Origin: Pseudovirgaria hyperparasitica
Taxonomy: Eukaryota
Length of the DNA: 64,000 nucleotides
Assembly: GCA_010093815.1 (NCBI GenBank)
Contig: ML996566.1
Direction: 5' to 3' (one strand)
How positions within the stretch are numbered: position 1 is the stretch's first letter; the number at the start of each line of letters is the position of its first letter. The position numbers were made by a program, and so were the translations under genes. Below are positions 51,822 to 64,000 of the stretch, in pieces. A model generated the notes under the pieces. It ran no database searches. It worked only from the letters and a program-made list of their open reading frames with translations, and had not been told where the DNA came from.

Positions 51822-53850
51822 ATGTCGGACAAACTTACTCGGTATGCATGACGCCAGTGCAATGCAATGTGTGTATGCTGACCCGTCTTGTCCAGTATTG
51901 CAATCGTGAATAGCGACAAGGCCAGTCTTCTGAACCCCACCCACCCTTCCGTCGCGGTTCTGACATATCGGAATACAGTGCAAACCCAAGAAATGTCGTC
52001 AGGAGTGTAAAAAGTCTTGCCCAGTCGTGCGGACTGGCAAGCTATGTATTGAAGTCGACCCGACCTCCAAGATAGCCTTTATCTCAGAGAGACTGTGTAT
52101 TGGATGCGGTATCTGTCCAAAGAAGTGCCCTTTCGATGCGATCAACATTATCAATCTGCCCACGAATCTCGAGACTCAAGTGGCTCATCGCTACTCCGCA
52201 AACAGCTTCAAGCTCCACAGATTGCCTTTGCCTCGACCCGGTGAAGTGCTCGGGTTGGTTGGAACAAACGGTATCGGGAAGAGCACAGCCTTGAAGATTC
52301 TTAGTGGAAAGCTGAAGCCAAACTTGGGAAGATATGACAACCCTCCTGACTGGGCAGAGATCCTGAAACACTACCGTGGATCAGAGCTTCAGAGTCAGTT
52401 ACTCTCTTCTCGAAGAAACTCCAAATGCTGATGAGCGTAGATTACTTCAAGAAGGTCCTCGAAGATGATCTCAAGTCTGTCATTAAGCCACAGTATGTCG
52501 ACCAGATTCCAAGGGCTATCCGTGGCCCTGTGAAAAGCGTTGGTGGTCTCATCAAATCACGCGCAACTATGGATAACCTGGAGGAGATTCTGGATGTACT
52601 TGAGCTAAGACAAGTCATCGACCGAGACGTCAGTCTTCTCTCTGGTGGCGAGCTGCAACGATTCGCTATTGGAACGACCTGCGTGGCCAAAGCTGATGTG
52701 TACATGTTTGATGAACCATCGTCCTTCTTGGACGTCAAACAGCGTCTCAATGCCAGTAAGATGATCCGCAGTCTCCTTCGCCCTGACGACTACGTGATCG
52801 TGGTCGAGCATGATCTGGCAATTCTTGACTACCTTTCCGATTTCATTTGCGTCTTGTACGGCAAACCGGCTGTCTACGGTGTCGTGACTATGCCTGCAAG
52901 TGTCCGCGAAGGCATCAACATCTTCCTTGACGGCAATATTCCAACAGAGAATCTGCGCTTCAGAGAGGAGTCTCTCACATTCCGTGTCGGTGAGGCTGGT
53001 GAAGAGTTCATCATGGACCGCAGTAACGACTACGGGTATCCCAAGATGGAGAAGACCCTGGGCGACTTCCACCTGAGCATCGAAGCTGGCTCCTTCACCG
53101 GCTCTGAAATCATTGTCATGATGGGCGAGAACGGCACTGGCAAGACGACCTTCTGCCGTATGCTCGCAGGCGCAGAGAAGCCCGACGGCGGTAAATCCAT
53201 TCCGCCCATGAGCATCAGCATGAAACCACAAAAGATCACCCCCAAATTCCAGGGCACCGTGCGCCAGCTTTTCATGAAGCAGATCCGCGCCGCCTTCCTC
53301 AACCCCCAGTTCCAGACCGACGTCTACAAGCCGCTCAAGCTCGACGACTTCATCGACCAGGAAGTGCAGAACCTGTCCGGTGGTGAACTGCAACGTGTTG
53401 CCATCGTGCTCTCTCTGGGCAAGCCCGCCGACATCTACGTCATTGACGAGCCCAGCGCGTACCTCGACTCCGAGCAGCGCATCATCGCCGCCCGCGTCAT
53501 CAAGCGCTACATTATGCATCTCAAGAAGACGGCCTTTGTCGTCGAGCACGACTTCATCATGGCGACATACCTTGCCGACCGTGTCATTGTCTTTGAGGGC
53601 CAGCCGTCCATTGATTCCCGCGCCAATTCGCCCGAGAGTCTCCTGACCGGCTGTAACAAGTTTCTGAAGAACTTGGACGTCACGTTCAGACGCGATCCCA
53701 GCACGTACCGCCCGCGTATCAACAAGCAGAACTCGCAGCTTGACCAGGAACAGAAGCTCTCCGGGAACTTCGTAAGTGTTGGAAAAGAGGGCTAATTATA
53801 CCTATATGCTAACCCTTCGATCACAGTTCTTCCTAGAGGAAGAGAGTTGA
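51822..53850 (+). CDS. RLI1: ABCE1 Fe-S ribosome recycling ATPase
   Basis: [54 protein letters not shown] x2, GENGTGKT; exons 51822-51841, 51896-51920, 51979-52393, 52441-53771, 53827-53850. Confidence 0.98.
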
Positions 53851-54490
53851 AATTGTTCTTCCTGAAAGCTTCCCAAAGACTTATCCGGCCGCGTCCCGGT
53901 TACCAGAGTCGTTATGCAAGCGTGATGCACCATTCTTCAGCGTAAGTACTGTTTCTCGACTAAGTCACCCACGTCAACTAAACTGTCCTAAGCCCACCGT
54001 GACCAGTCTTGTTCGGTGCGAGAACGAACAGCTACTGCTACGCAGTTGAGGATATATTGAACTGGGCATGGACGAGGACGTCACAGATGAAAGTGCACGA
54101 GTAGAGACGATGATGAAACTGGCAATAAATATATTACATTTTCGTGATTTTTAAGAGCAAAACGGGCCTACTAGTGCTTCCAGACGAGCGTGCATGTTTC
54201 AGAGTGCTGCTAAAAGCTGGACTTATGTTACGCTTCACACCGAAGCAATGCTGTGCTATTGTGAAGCGAATCCGTGATTAAGAACCTCAGATATGGGACG
54301 TACCGAGTTTTGTGTGAACCGAGAGCTGCTGTCAATTGTGAAATGAAAACCGTACAAGGGGGGGCTGTGTGTGTGTGTGCAAACGTGGTGGTGTCCGAAA
54401 TCGCTCAAAGCCGTTGGTCATGTACTGAAAACTACCGTTGCGGTGAGATGACTGTCCGTAGACTCGGCAGAACATACCGTCATCGGCGGC

Positions 54491-56963
54491 TTAATCTTCC
54501 TCGATTTCTCCTTCCTCACTGCCGGAACGAAGGCCTGGATCTTCCTTTGCCGGGACGGGTTCCGGCGGAGGCGACTTCGTCTTGCGTGGCGAGGGCGATC
54601 TTCGGTCGCGTTTGTTGCGCTATATCATAATATTAACGGCGGGAGCACGAACAAGAATGGAGACAAGGAGGAAGTTGATGCTGATCTCACCTTTATATCC
54701 CTTCGACTTCCAAGGCTCTCCGTATCACTCTCTCTGCGTCGTCGTACACTTCCAGGTCTGCTGTCTCCGTAGTCGAGCTCACTGCCTCTTTCACGAGGAT
54801 CTACACGACTCACGTACGAACGCTCCCGCTCTGCCTCTCGCTCCCGCCTCTCTCGCTCATAGTGGCTCTGGGCGACTGACCTTCTGTCGTATTTGTCACG
54901 CTCGTCCCGATCTCTGTTCCTGTATGGAGGTGGCGACAATCCCAGACTTGACTTCCGATACTGCTTTTCACGATCGGCTTGTGCTTTCCTGCGGTCGGCT
55001 TCGTAGGGGTCAGATTCTGGGGTTCGGCTGCGATGGCGCCCAGAGTGGCCATTACGGTGATCTCGATCGCGCTCACGGGGCCGTTCACGATCCTTTTCCC
55101 TGTCGTTACGGCGGCTGCGATCTCTCTCTCGGCGATCTCTATCGTCTTCCATCCTTTCCTTGAGACGAACGATATGTTTGTCAAACGCAGATCGGCGTAG
55201 TTCATCAGAATCGATAGCATGGTACTCTTCATACTTCTCTAAACGTAGACGTACCTTCTCCCACGCGTCATCAAGAGTGACAGGAGGCTCGAGACGCTTG
55301 ATTTTGGATCGCAGAGCCTCAACGGCTTTGCGCTGATGACGATCAGCATAGTGCCGGTCATCTTCATCACGCTTCCGGGACTTATCCTGCAACCTCTTGA
55401 ATATAATCTTGAGAGTGTCGTAATTCATGCCAGAGGTCTTGCGGTCACGTCGCACAACGTCCATATATTCCTCGAGGGATGTCTTAGAGGTTATTTGGAA
55501 GTTCTGTAAACCAATTAGCAGTGAACAATACCTCCAGGAATGGCTCTTACCCCAAGGGCACTGTCAACGTCATGTTTCTTGTCTTTGAGTGACTCCTCTT
55601 CTCTCTGAATCATGTCCCAAAACAGATCCAGGGGAGTAGATCCTGACTGACCGAGCATTGCTTTATAGCGGGGGTCGTCTTTGATATATTCATGTACTTC
55701 CATCCATCTCGTCTCGGCATTGATCTTCCCTTCACTGCGGAGACCTTCCAGAAGATCAATAAAATGATCGCGGTTGGTGCGGTCCTTTCGTGTTTTGAGA
55801 TTCTTGTCTTTTTGTCGAGCGTCGTTAAACTTTCGCTCGAGAGACTTGATATGATTTTCAAAGGTCTTCAAGACGTCAAGTTTCGTCATATCCTTGAATT
55901 TCTCATCATTCTGGAACTTTTCTGTGGACAGTATGATGCTCTCGGCTTCCTTCCAGCGAGTGTAGGGTTCAAGGTCCAGTGCACTAAGGTCGTTGGCCAT
56001 TTGCTCCAAAGCTGCCGAGCGGTTTGAGACCTCGCGCTCCTTATGTGCCTTCTTCAGCTCTACGATGTACTCCTCGAAAAGCTGTCTGCGCTCTTCGTCG
56101 CTTTTTGCAGATCTATAGATAGTCTCGCCTGCAATGATTGGCTGAACAGTCTTCCATCGGGAGTAATGCTTGATTTCAGGGTGACTCTTGAGCATATTAT
56201 TGAAGTCTGTACGTAGCTTAGCAAGTCGGTCCCGCTCCTTGTCTTTCTCCTGCGCGCGCAGATCGATGACGTATTTTTCAAACGCAAGCTTCCTGTCTTT
56301 TGGATCTTTCACTGCTCGGAACTGCGGGTCCTTTATTGTAGCTTTCATGGTGGCCTCCCATGTCCAATCCGCTTGTACACCGACGCGCTTAAAGAGCTTG
56401 AACAAGGCCGCTTCCGCCTCTTCGATTGTAGCATAATCTTGTTCAGGTTGTGATCCATACGGTGCATTGTTTGAAGAAGGGTACATTGACTGTCTGTCAT
56501 GACCCATCCTATCACGCGGATAATCGTCGCGATCTCGATCGCGGTCGCGGTCGCGGTCGCGTTCGCGTGGCTCATACGATGGCATGGAGGTACCACCAGC
56601 TACAAAGGTTGGGGCACTAGACGGCGATTAGTGATGCCATTATGCGCGCGGACAAAACATACGCAGCAGTTGGTCGCGGTGGTAAGGAGCTTTGTACTGG
56701 AGCAGAGCCTCGCATTTCGGCGGGCATCTCCCTGTTATGGTTGTTAGTTAGAACCACAGATGATAACTAGAAAGAGCTTGCCATTTCGTCTCTTTTGTCT
56801 CTTCATTGTGATAATACTTTCGACCGTCGCTATGCGTATGTTCTTTCCAAGGATGGTAACCGTCTGGCCGATTCCATACGGTTTGATTCGTTGTCGCGTT
56901 GAAGTAGTATGGTCTTCCTTCTGGAGTCTCGAAGCGACGCCATGTCGCTGGAGTTGTACTCAT
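54491..56963 (-). CDS. PRP40: U1 snRNP WW/FF-domain splicing factor
   Basis: Two WW domains (WRRFETPEGRPYYFNATTNQTVWNRP; WKEHTHSDGRKYYHNEETKETKW|EMP), FF repeats, GQSGSTPLDLFWD, RS-rich tail ending SEEGEIEED. Confidence 0.94.
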
Positions 56964-57468
56964 CACGATTTAATGATACACGGCTGTCGATGAATATTGA
57001 GTTCAAAGGCAGTCTTTGTGATACGCGTAGGTAGCCACGGAGCTTAAAGTGTGATGGGAAAGCGGGCCGGTGTTTCTCCGATTGGTTTGACGCGGTCAGT
57101 AACAGACAAACGACTCAAATATGGGTTTTGCGAATAAGCTCGTCAATACGCTTCTAAATCATAACACAATAGGTTATCGAGGGAAAGTTTGTATGGTTCT
57201 GACTACTGGACTTGATTACTTTGATCTGTGAATGGAGAGCCACATAAGAATATTCTGAGATTTCAGTAAGTCCAGGCCCTCCTTGAACAACGAAACGCTG
57301 GACTGAAGGAATATGAGCGAGCGACTAACAGCTCGCAATAACTTTGTATACATGTTAACAAAAAAAGATTCGTCAGTCGCCCCAAAAAATTGCTCACCAA
57401 ACTGAACGTCAAGGTCGAAAGCCGAGCTGAAAAGTCGAATAATATCAAACGCCAACAGGCTACAATCG

Positions 57469-60400
57469 CTACAATCGCAATTCGTCGAGAATCTTCTGTG
57501 CCATGTTCTTATACTGCCATGTTCCACCGTCAACCTTCTTGAATTGTATACCATGGAGTGAAAGAAGTGGGACTTTCACTAACACAATTTCAAAGCGAAG
57601 TATCATGCTGCCACCAAGATCACTTTGGACATGAGTCGTTGTTTCGCCCGCAGCTCTTGCACGAGACCGTTTATGATCGTCACGGCCAACACTTTCATCG
57701 GAGGCTTCCGAGTTCGTATAGCTCTGATCCAGCTGTCCCGATCGATGTCGGGATGATCTGGGCGTATTTGGGGCTTTATGCAGATCGCGAAAGTCATCCT
57801 TGTCACGATCTGATGGCATGAAACCAAAGCTGATTCGTCGTTTTTCCTTGGTGTCCCTTGCATTAAGCTGAGATGGAGGATCGACAACCTTGTTGAGATC
57901 GATACTGGGCGCATGACGGCAACTGAACCCTCCTCTAATTTCGGAATACTGCACTCCGATCTCCTTCAAGACTCTTATGATGTCTGCGCGAATGACGGGT
58001 AGAGGCTTGTTGCTAGTCGTGGATACGCTGAACAGGCCTTTCAAGTAGACGGGCTTCATAATTTCCGGGCTGCGAGAGCCATCTACTGCTTCCTCTTCGG
58101 CTAGTTCTTGGTCTGTCTCTTCTGGAACATGCGAGTCCCTAGTAACATCTCTTCGAGCACGCCGCGCTTGAATGCTTTCCCTACGGGCATGTCCTAAAGA
58201 CTTGGCTCGCATAGCAGGACCTCTGGGTCGAGCTGCTTCGTTGTGGGTCTCCTCCGACGCAGCATCGCCAGCTGTACGCTTCTCGCTTATACTGGATTTA
58301 TCTGATTCACTCGTCGGTCGAGGTTCAGTAGCAGATACTCCGCGACGGCTGAGTCGCCTCCTGAGATCGGTTGAATTGACACTGGCAGACCTCCCTAATG
58401 CTCTAATCCGCTTGGTGGCACTTCCGGCTGTATTGCCTCCGGTGCTATTGGGTGCCAACAGCTCATGCTGTTGCTGAGATTCGGTGGGTGGTAGCGTTGA
58501 TGTTGATGGCGCCTCTTTATCACGGACCCTCCTGACACTGAAGCTCTTACGGGGAGTACTTGACGATTCTGGAGGACCTGACACAGAGACTCTTGGTGGT
58601 CCATGTGACTTTTCGCGATCTGGTTCACGATGCTTGCGAGTGCTGAACCTTCGCAATAGAGCGCCAGCGGTGCTACTCTTCTTGACCTGGGGTTGTTCGC
58701 TCGGTGGAGTGACAATTGCTGGGGATGCTGGTCCAGCGGAAGTTTTCAAGGCCAGGTCCTGCATGGCTTGTTGAACTTCGTCTTCACCATGAGTTCGAGC
58801 TCTTGGTCTTGATCTTCCACCAGTCGGCTTCTCACCCGGCATCTCATAAGATGCGTGGTTCGTGTACGCTGCTTCTGGCGGCACAAGGTCGGGGATTCTC
58901 AGCGGTTTCTCACCCGGACTAGTCGGTAGGCCAAGCGCGCCAGGATTTACCTCTTGCTGATCGCGCTCAAGTTTCTCTTTCTGGAGGTAGTAAACAGATA
59001 TCAAAGGGCTGAACGCATTGACAGGGTCAGAGCCGACTGACAAAGCTTCTGCTGATGGATTGGTGAGTGTGTCGCGGCTCGTAGTTGAGTTTCGACGTTT
59101 GTAGAAGACTGTGTCGAAAACACCACGCTTGCGCTCAGTCTCAGGGGTTTGCACTTGGTTCTTTTGGGCAGCGGATCTGACTGCGCGATGGTAGTCGTCA
59201 GAATCAAGCAAACTTGTAAGTTGGGTATTGATGTATTCTGTGGTCCCAAAATCGAAACCTTGCATACCCTTGACGACATCAGGGTCCAAGGGCAATTGGA
59301 GGGGCTCTCTCTGGGGAAGATAGTTTTCAGGAGGAGCATTGAAGCCTTTGGTGATCCATGGGTGGTTCAAAATTTCTGATAGCGATGCACGCTGCCGTGG
59401 GTCGGTGACAAGCATTCTGGATATAAGGTTCTTGCACTCTTTTGTCATATCAGCCCAGCCGTCCTTAGTACACCTACAGCAAAGACTTACCGGCAGACAG
59501 CCAAGGAGGATACTCGACGTATCCTTTTTTGATCTTCGCATGTAGTTGAGGCATGCTTTGATCATCGAAAGGTACCTTTCCGCACACCAGGACATAGAGG
59601 ACTATACCAAAGCTCCAAATGTCGACCTCAGGTCCGGTGTATTGCTTTGCCTGTAGCAGTTCGGGGGCCGCAAAGTACAAACTGCCGCAGAATGTCTTGA
59701 GATGGCTCTTAGGCGAGAACAAGTTGCTCAAGCCAAAATCGATAATCTTGATATCGCCAGTCTTGCTAATTAGAATGTTCTCAATCTTGAGATCTCGATG
59801 AACGATGCTGTTGCGGTGGCAATAATCTAACGCACTTGCAATCTGACGGCCAAACTTGCGCGCTTGCTTTTCCTTCAATCGGCCGTGTGATATGATGTAA
59901 TCCAACATCTGTCCGCCATTGACATATTCGAAGAGCATATACCAATGATTCGCAGTCCGGACTACGTCGCGCATACCGCAGATGTATGGATGATGAACAA
60001 GACTGACGATTGCAGCTTCTCGAGCAGTCCTGACTTCTTTGGAGTGATCGGCTCTCTCACGATCCTGTTGCGTCTTATGTTCGTCTGTTGACTGCCGTGG
60101 AACGATCTTGACAGCGACCTAGACATCATTAGAGTGGTGTTATGGAGGATCCCATAATAGTTACCTGTTCTCCGGTTTCAACATTCTTTGCAAGCTTGAC
60201 TTTACCCATACTTCCGGCACCGATGGTCTTTCCCAGTGCCCAAACTCCTGTTGCAGCTTCTATTGTTGTTCTGCGCCCCCTTGAGGTCTGCCCTTGAGTC
60301 CTACTGCTGCTCCCGGCGCCAGAGATACCGTTTGTAGTCGCCGAGACGTCCGAAGCATATCTTGCATGCCCATGTCTTGAACCAGTATTGTGTGAGCTTC

Positions 60401-60701
60401 GGGTGGAGTCATTCCTCCCGGGCGCAGTGGTACGCTCGCGTGAAGAAGCTCTCTGGGCTGGCTGTTGTGCGATATTGGTTTGTTCAAAATCTCGTCGTGC
60501 GACATTGGTGAGATTAGGATGGTGGGATGCAGAATTCGAGTGAGTATGCGAATGAGACTGTGAGAGAGATCTATGGGGTGTAGCGGTCGAAGATGTCGAC
60601 GGTCGTGTAGCAGTGGAATGAGTCCGAAGCGGTCGGTCGCCATGGCGGGAACTTGGCGAATTACGAACAATGGCAGGCGATGACGGCGCTGTGCTGGACA
60701 T
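57469..60701 (-). CDS. KIN1: MARK/Par-1 family Ser/Thr kinase with KA1 domain
   Basis: [39 protein letters not shown]-terminal KA1 [41 protein letters not shown]; 2 introns. Confidence 0.96.
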
Positions 60702-62056
60702 GGCTATTTCTGCGCTTTCAGATTGTCCTCTGTGGTAGCAAGAATTGCAGAGAAATGAGGCGTCAAGGTGTTCGTCTGAGAAGAGAGCTCGCGTATGCAA
60801 GGACCGGTTGGGCTGCGGGGAGCTTTCGAACGCGCAATCTTGTCCAGCAGATAGGGAGTAGCAGGAAGATTATAGAAGGAGGTGTGAATGGGCGAAGTGA
60901 ATGATGCGAGTAAGTTCAATGAATAGGAGTTGTCAGCGTCGTCGCTGATGTTTAGATTGTCCAGTCCAAAAGACGTGGAGGGGTGTTGACAAGCCTGGGG
61001 GGCTGGGGAGCGAATGCAGCACGCTCACAAAGGCAATCAGCGAAGGTCATGAGCCTTGCCAGCCGTGAACATGTATTGAAGAAGTATGATAGTGTCGCTG
61101 CACGGAAGAGCAAATACCAGGAGCAGATCCAGAAAGGGAAGACAGTTGTTGGAAGAGTCGGATAGAAGCCTGAGGTCAGGCAAGGCTCTTGGAAAGGTGC
61201 ATTGGAAGCTGAAGGGCAAGGTAGGTAAGTAGAGCGTAGTGCGTAGGGTGTACCAAGACGCGCCAGGCACCAAAACTCCCGGTTGTTCGTTCTGCTGAGG
61301 TGTTGAAGAGGGGGAAATGCCTCCCGAGGAGCTAATGCTTGGGAAAGCTGTTAGGCTCTTAGCTGGCCGTTATTAGGCGCGGTATTAATTTGGTGAACCG
61401 TGAAAAAACCATGGATTCCACGATGGCCATCGACAGCAAGTAACCAGAGTCATCGATCGCTTGCTTGAGTCAAAATGCCTTGCGATAAATAATGTTCCGA
61501 ATGCACACAGGCGCATTAGGAGGTATAGACGTGGGGCAACTTGTCGAATGCACTGTACTGTACTGCACTGCACTGCACTCACTGCACTCACTGCAAACTG
61601 CTGGGACATATCCATGCACAGGAACCAAAGCAAGCGTCTACGATGATGCTCCACGAGTGAATAACTAGTACAGCCCATTATGGATATTAATCATACTATC
61701 CATCACTCCTCATTCATCATTTTCTCCTTCCACAACCACCCACGTCGCGAACCAGCTTCGTGCCTATCAAATCTCTTTCTGAGCGCCACAAATGACCAGG
61801 TACTGTAGTGCGATCTTTCTGTAATATAGGTACCGTTGCTGTGCAGTCAACGTCACGCTAGCCCCATCCAGATGACTTTCTGATATCACTGTCGTATGTC
61901 TACTAATTACCTACATTATCCAGAACTCCAAATCTATACTACCTTGACGCCGCCAACGGCTGTTGTCGCAACTTGATGATGTGCACTCTGCCGTGTGATC
62001 GTAGACTCGTTCTTGCTTTCTTTCCTACCTACCTGTGAACCTCTTCGGTCTGCGTA

Positions 62057-64000
62057 ATGCCTTCCAAACGTACTCGCGCAGCGTTCGAAGAAGACCTGCA
62101 AGCTCAACAATCGCCATATGTCTTTTTCGGCACCGCGCTACCTCCGATAGATCCGTCTGTCCGTGACGATGGCTCTTATGTCCCCATATGGAAGCAGACT
62201 GCGACTGACGACCAGGGAAGGAGAAGGCTTCACGGTGCGTTCACTGGAGGTTTCAGCGCTGGGTGAGCCTCAACCGAGTCCTCCCTCTACGATGGCATTG
62301 TAGACTCATGGACATACAGATACTTCAATACTGTAGGATCAAAGGAAGGATGGACGCCCTCAAACTTCGTCTCTTCACGCCAGAAGCGACACTTGGACGC
62401 TGCAACTCCAACTGTACAGCGACCTGAGGATTTCATGGATGAGGAAGACCTTGCCGATGCTGCTGACTCGGAACGCATACATACCTCAAAATCATTTGCG
62501 TCAATTGGAGCCACGCCCGCCGAACAAGCTAAGCTGAACCTTGCGCGGGGCTCTGAGGACACAATAGGTGCAAGATTGCTGCAGAAGATGGGCTGGCGCA
62601 AGGGCCAGGGGATAGGACCCAAAGTGCGCAGGAAGGCTGATCTTGGCCCTGAAATTGAGGGTGTGGACACAGATGACCTCACTTCATCATCACATTTCTT
62701 TGCTCCACCTAATTCGCCGCTGGTTCTAATAATAAGAAAAGAAGACCACAAAGGCTTAGGATTTGGTACGGTGCAAGACAAAGCACTATCAAGGGCAGGT
62801 GATCTCCCTGATAACGAGTGGCATGGCTTGCGTGATCCTGTAGACCCAGGGTTGAAGAAGAAACAAAAGCAGTCTCAATCGAAAAAGAGTGGCTTTGGGC
62901 TTGGTGTTTTGAATGATACTGGTTCTGATGATGAAGACCCTTATTCGATGGGCCCGCGAATCTCATTCACGTCGGTCTCCAATCGTGACATCAAATCTAA
63001 GAAAGCAGGATCAAAAAAGTCTCCTGCTATCAACGTGCCTCGAGCGGCAACTCAACCATTACTTTCCTCGAAGAACAGGATCGAACGTCAGAAAGCGGTG
63101 ACATGCCAGAAATGTCACGATGGAAAATTACCCCTGCAAGGCTTCCACTTGTCTAAGCACTCTCTCCGACTATCTGGGCCTAGCTTTCCACTCCCACGGA
63201 TACCCCAGGGGTGGTCCTCAAAGATAGAACTGCAAACGGGGGTCAATGGTCCAGGAGTTGTCAAAGAAACGGAGAAAGCCACTCTTGATCCCGTATCGAG
63301 AGCTCGAATTCTTGGGGAGACTCCTCTACCGGGCAAATCGGTATTTGATTTCATGTCTGCTGACGCTAGGAATCGGATAGCATCAGCCTCAGGCAGGACA
63401 AATTTGCCACCTGGACGTGGAGAAAATATTTCCGGAGGCCTGAACAAAACAGTCGAGATGCTCTCGGACCTAATACGACCGCCTCCTGCAGAGGCTGCTG
63501 AAGCGGCTCTAAGAAGATTGGTAGGGGGTTGGAATCCTTACGGAACTGATCAGGACAAGGCACTTCGATATCAAACTTTCTTGGAGATATGCACGAGTCC
63601 AAAACTAGGCTTGCCAGATCAGCCAAAGGGAATGTCGAAAAAGGACTGGATAGGCGAGTTGGAAGAGTTTGCACATGCTGCCCAGGTCTTCAAGCCTGTC
63701 ACAGGTATGATGGCTTCTCGTTTTACAGCTGCATCTAGCCACTCTACTGCGAATGCACCCGAACAAGTTAGTCAGGTAAGCGGAACCCTTACGAAGAGCA
63801 ACGGGGCGCAGGAAGCTGCAAGAGCCGGGATGTTTGGTCCATTGACAAGAAGTATACATCAATTCTATCCGACAAGACTGCTTTGCAAGCGATTTGGAGT
63901 ACCGCCCCCGAATCTTGCTTCAGGAGACAAACCATCAGAGCCCGTGAACAACCCAATAAGTACAAGTGGCATGGGCGTTCAAGACTTTCCTTCCCAGTCA
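62057..64000 (+). CDS. G-patch domain protein (GPATCH1/DUF1604-like), runs off window end
   Basis: [44 protein letters not shown]-patch [17 protein letters not shown]; intron 62263-62319. Confidence 0.92.

Overview
Gene-dense, intron-containing filamentous ascomycete (Pezizomycotina) chromosomal DNA. Most of the window is conserved housekeeping genes: GH35 beta-galactosidase, MFS transporter, Rpp21/Rpr2-type RNase P subunit, ZPR1, arrestin-like protein, cyclophilin, SH3 membrane protein, PPR protein, ERG8, DUF3824-like protein, PPN1, CHD1, RLI1, PRP40, KIN1 and a G-patch protein. The unusual parts are five. (1) A tandem array of at least three small genes (1-2749) built from five divergent SUMO/ubiquitin-like domains; every domain carries a phase-0 intron at the same position, and no di-Gly follows any of the domains. 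(2) Two 356-bp copies of a Helitron-like non-autonomous element, identical by eye and inverted 27.6 kb apart. (3) A ~106-bp tandem array with a polar RIP-like gradient that spills into a neighbouring orphan ORF. (4) At least six sharp C/A-rich to G/T-rich strand-skew switch points inside genes, which also shape low-complexity protein insertions. (5) GC-AG introns in the adjacent RLI1 and PRP40 genes. All calls were made by eye from the sequence and ORF track; no searches were run.
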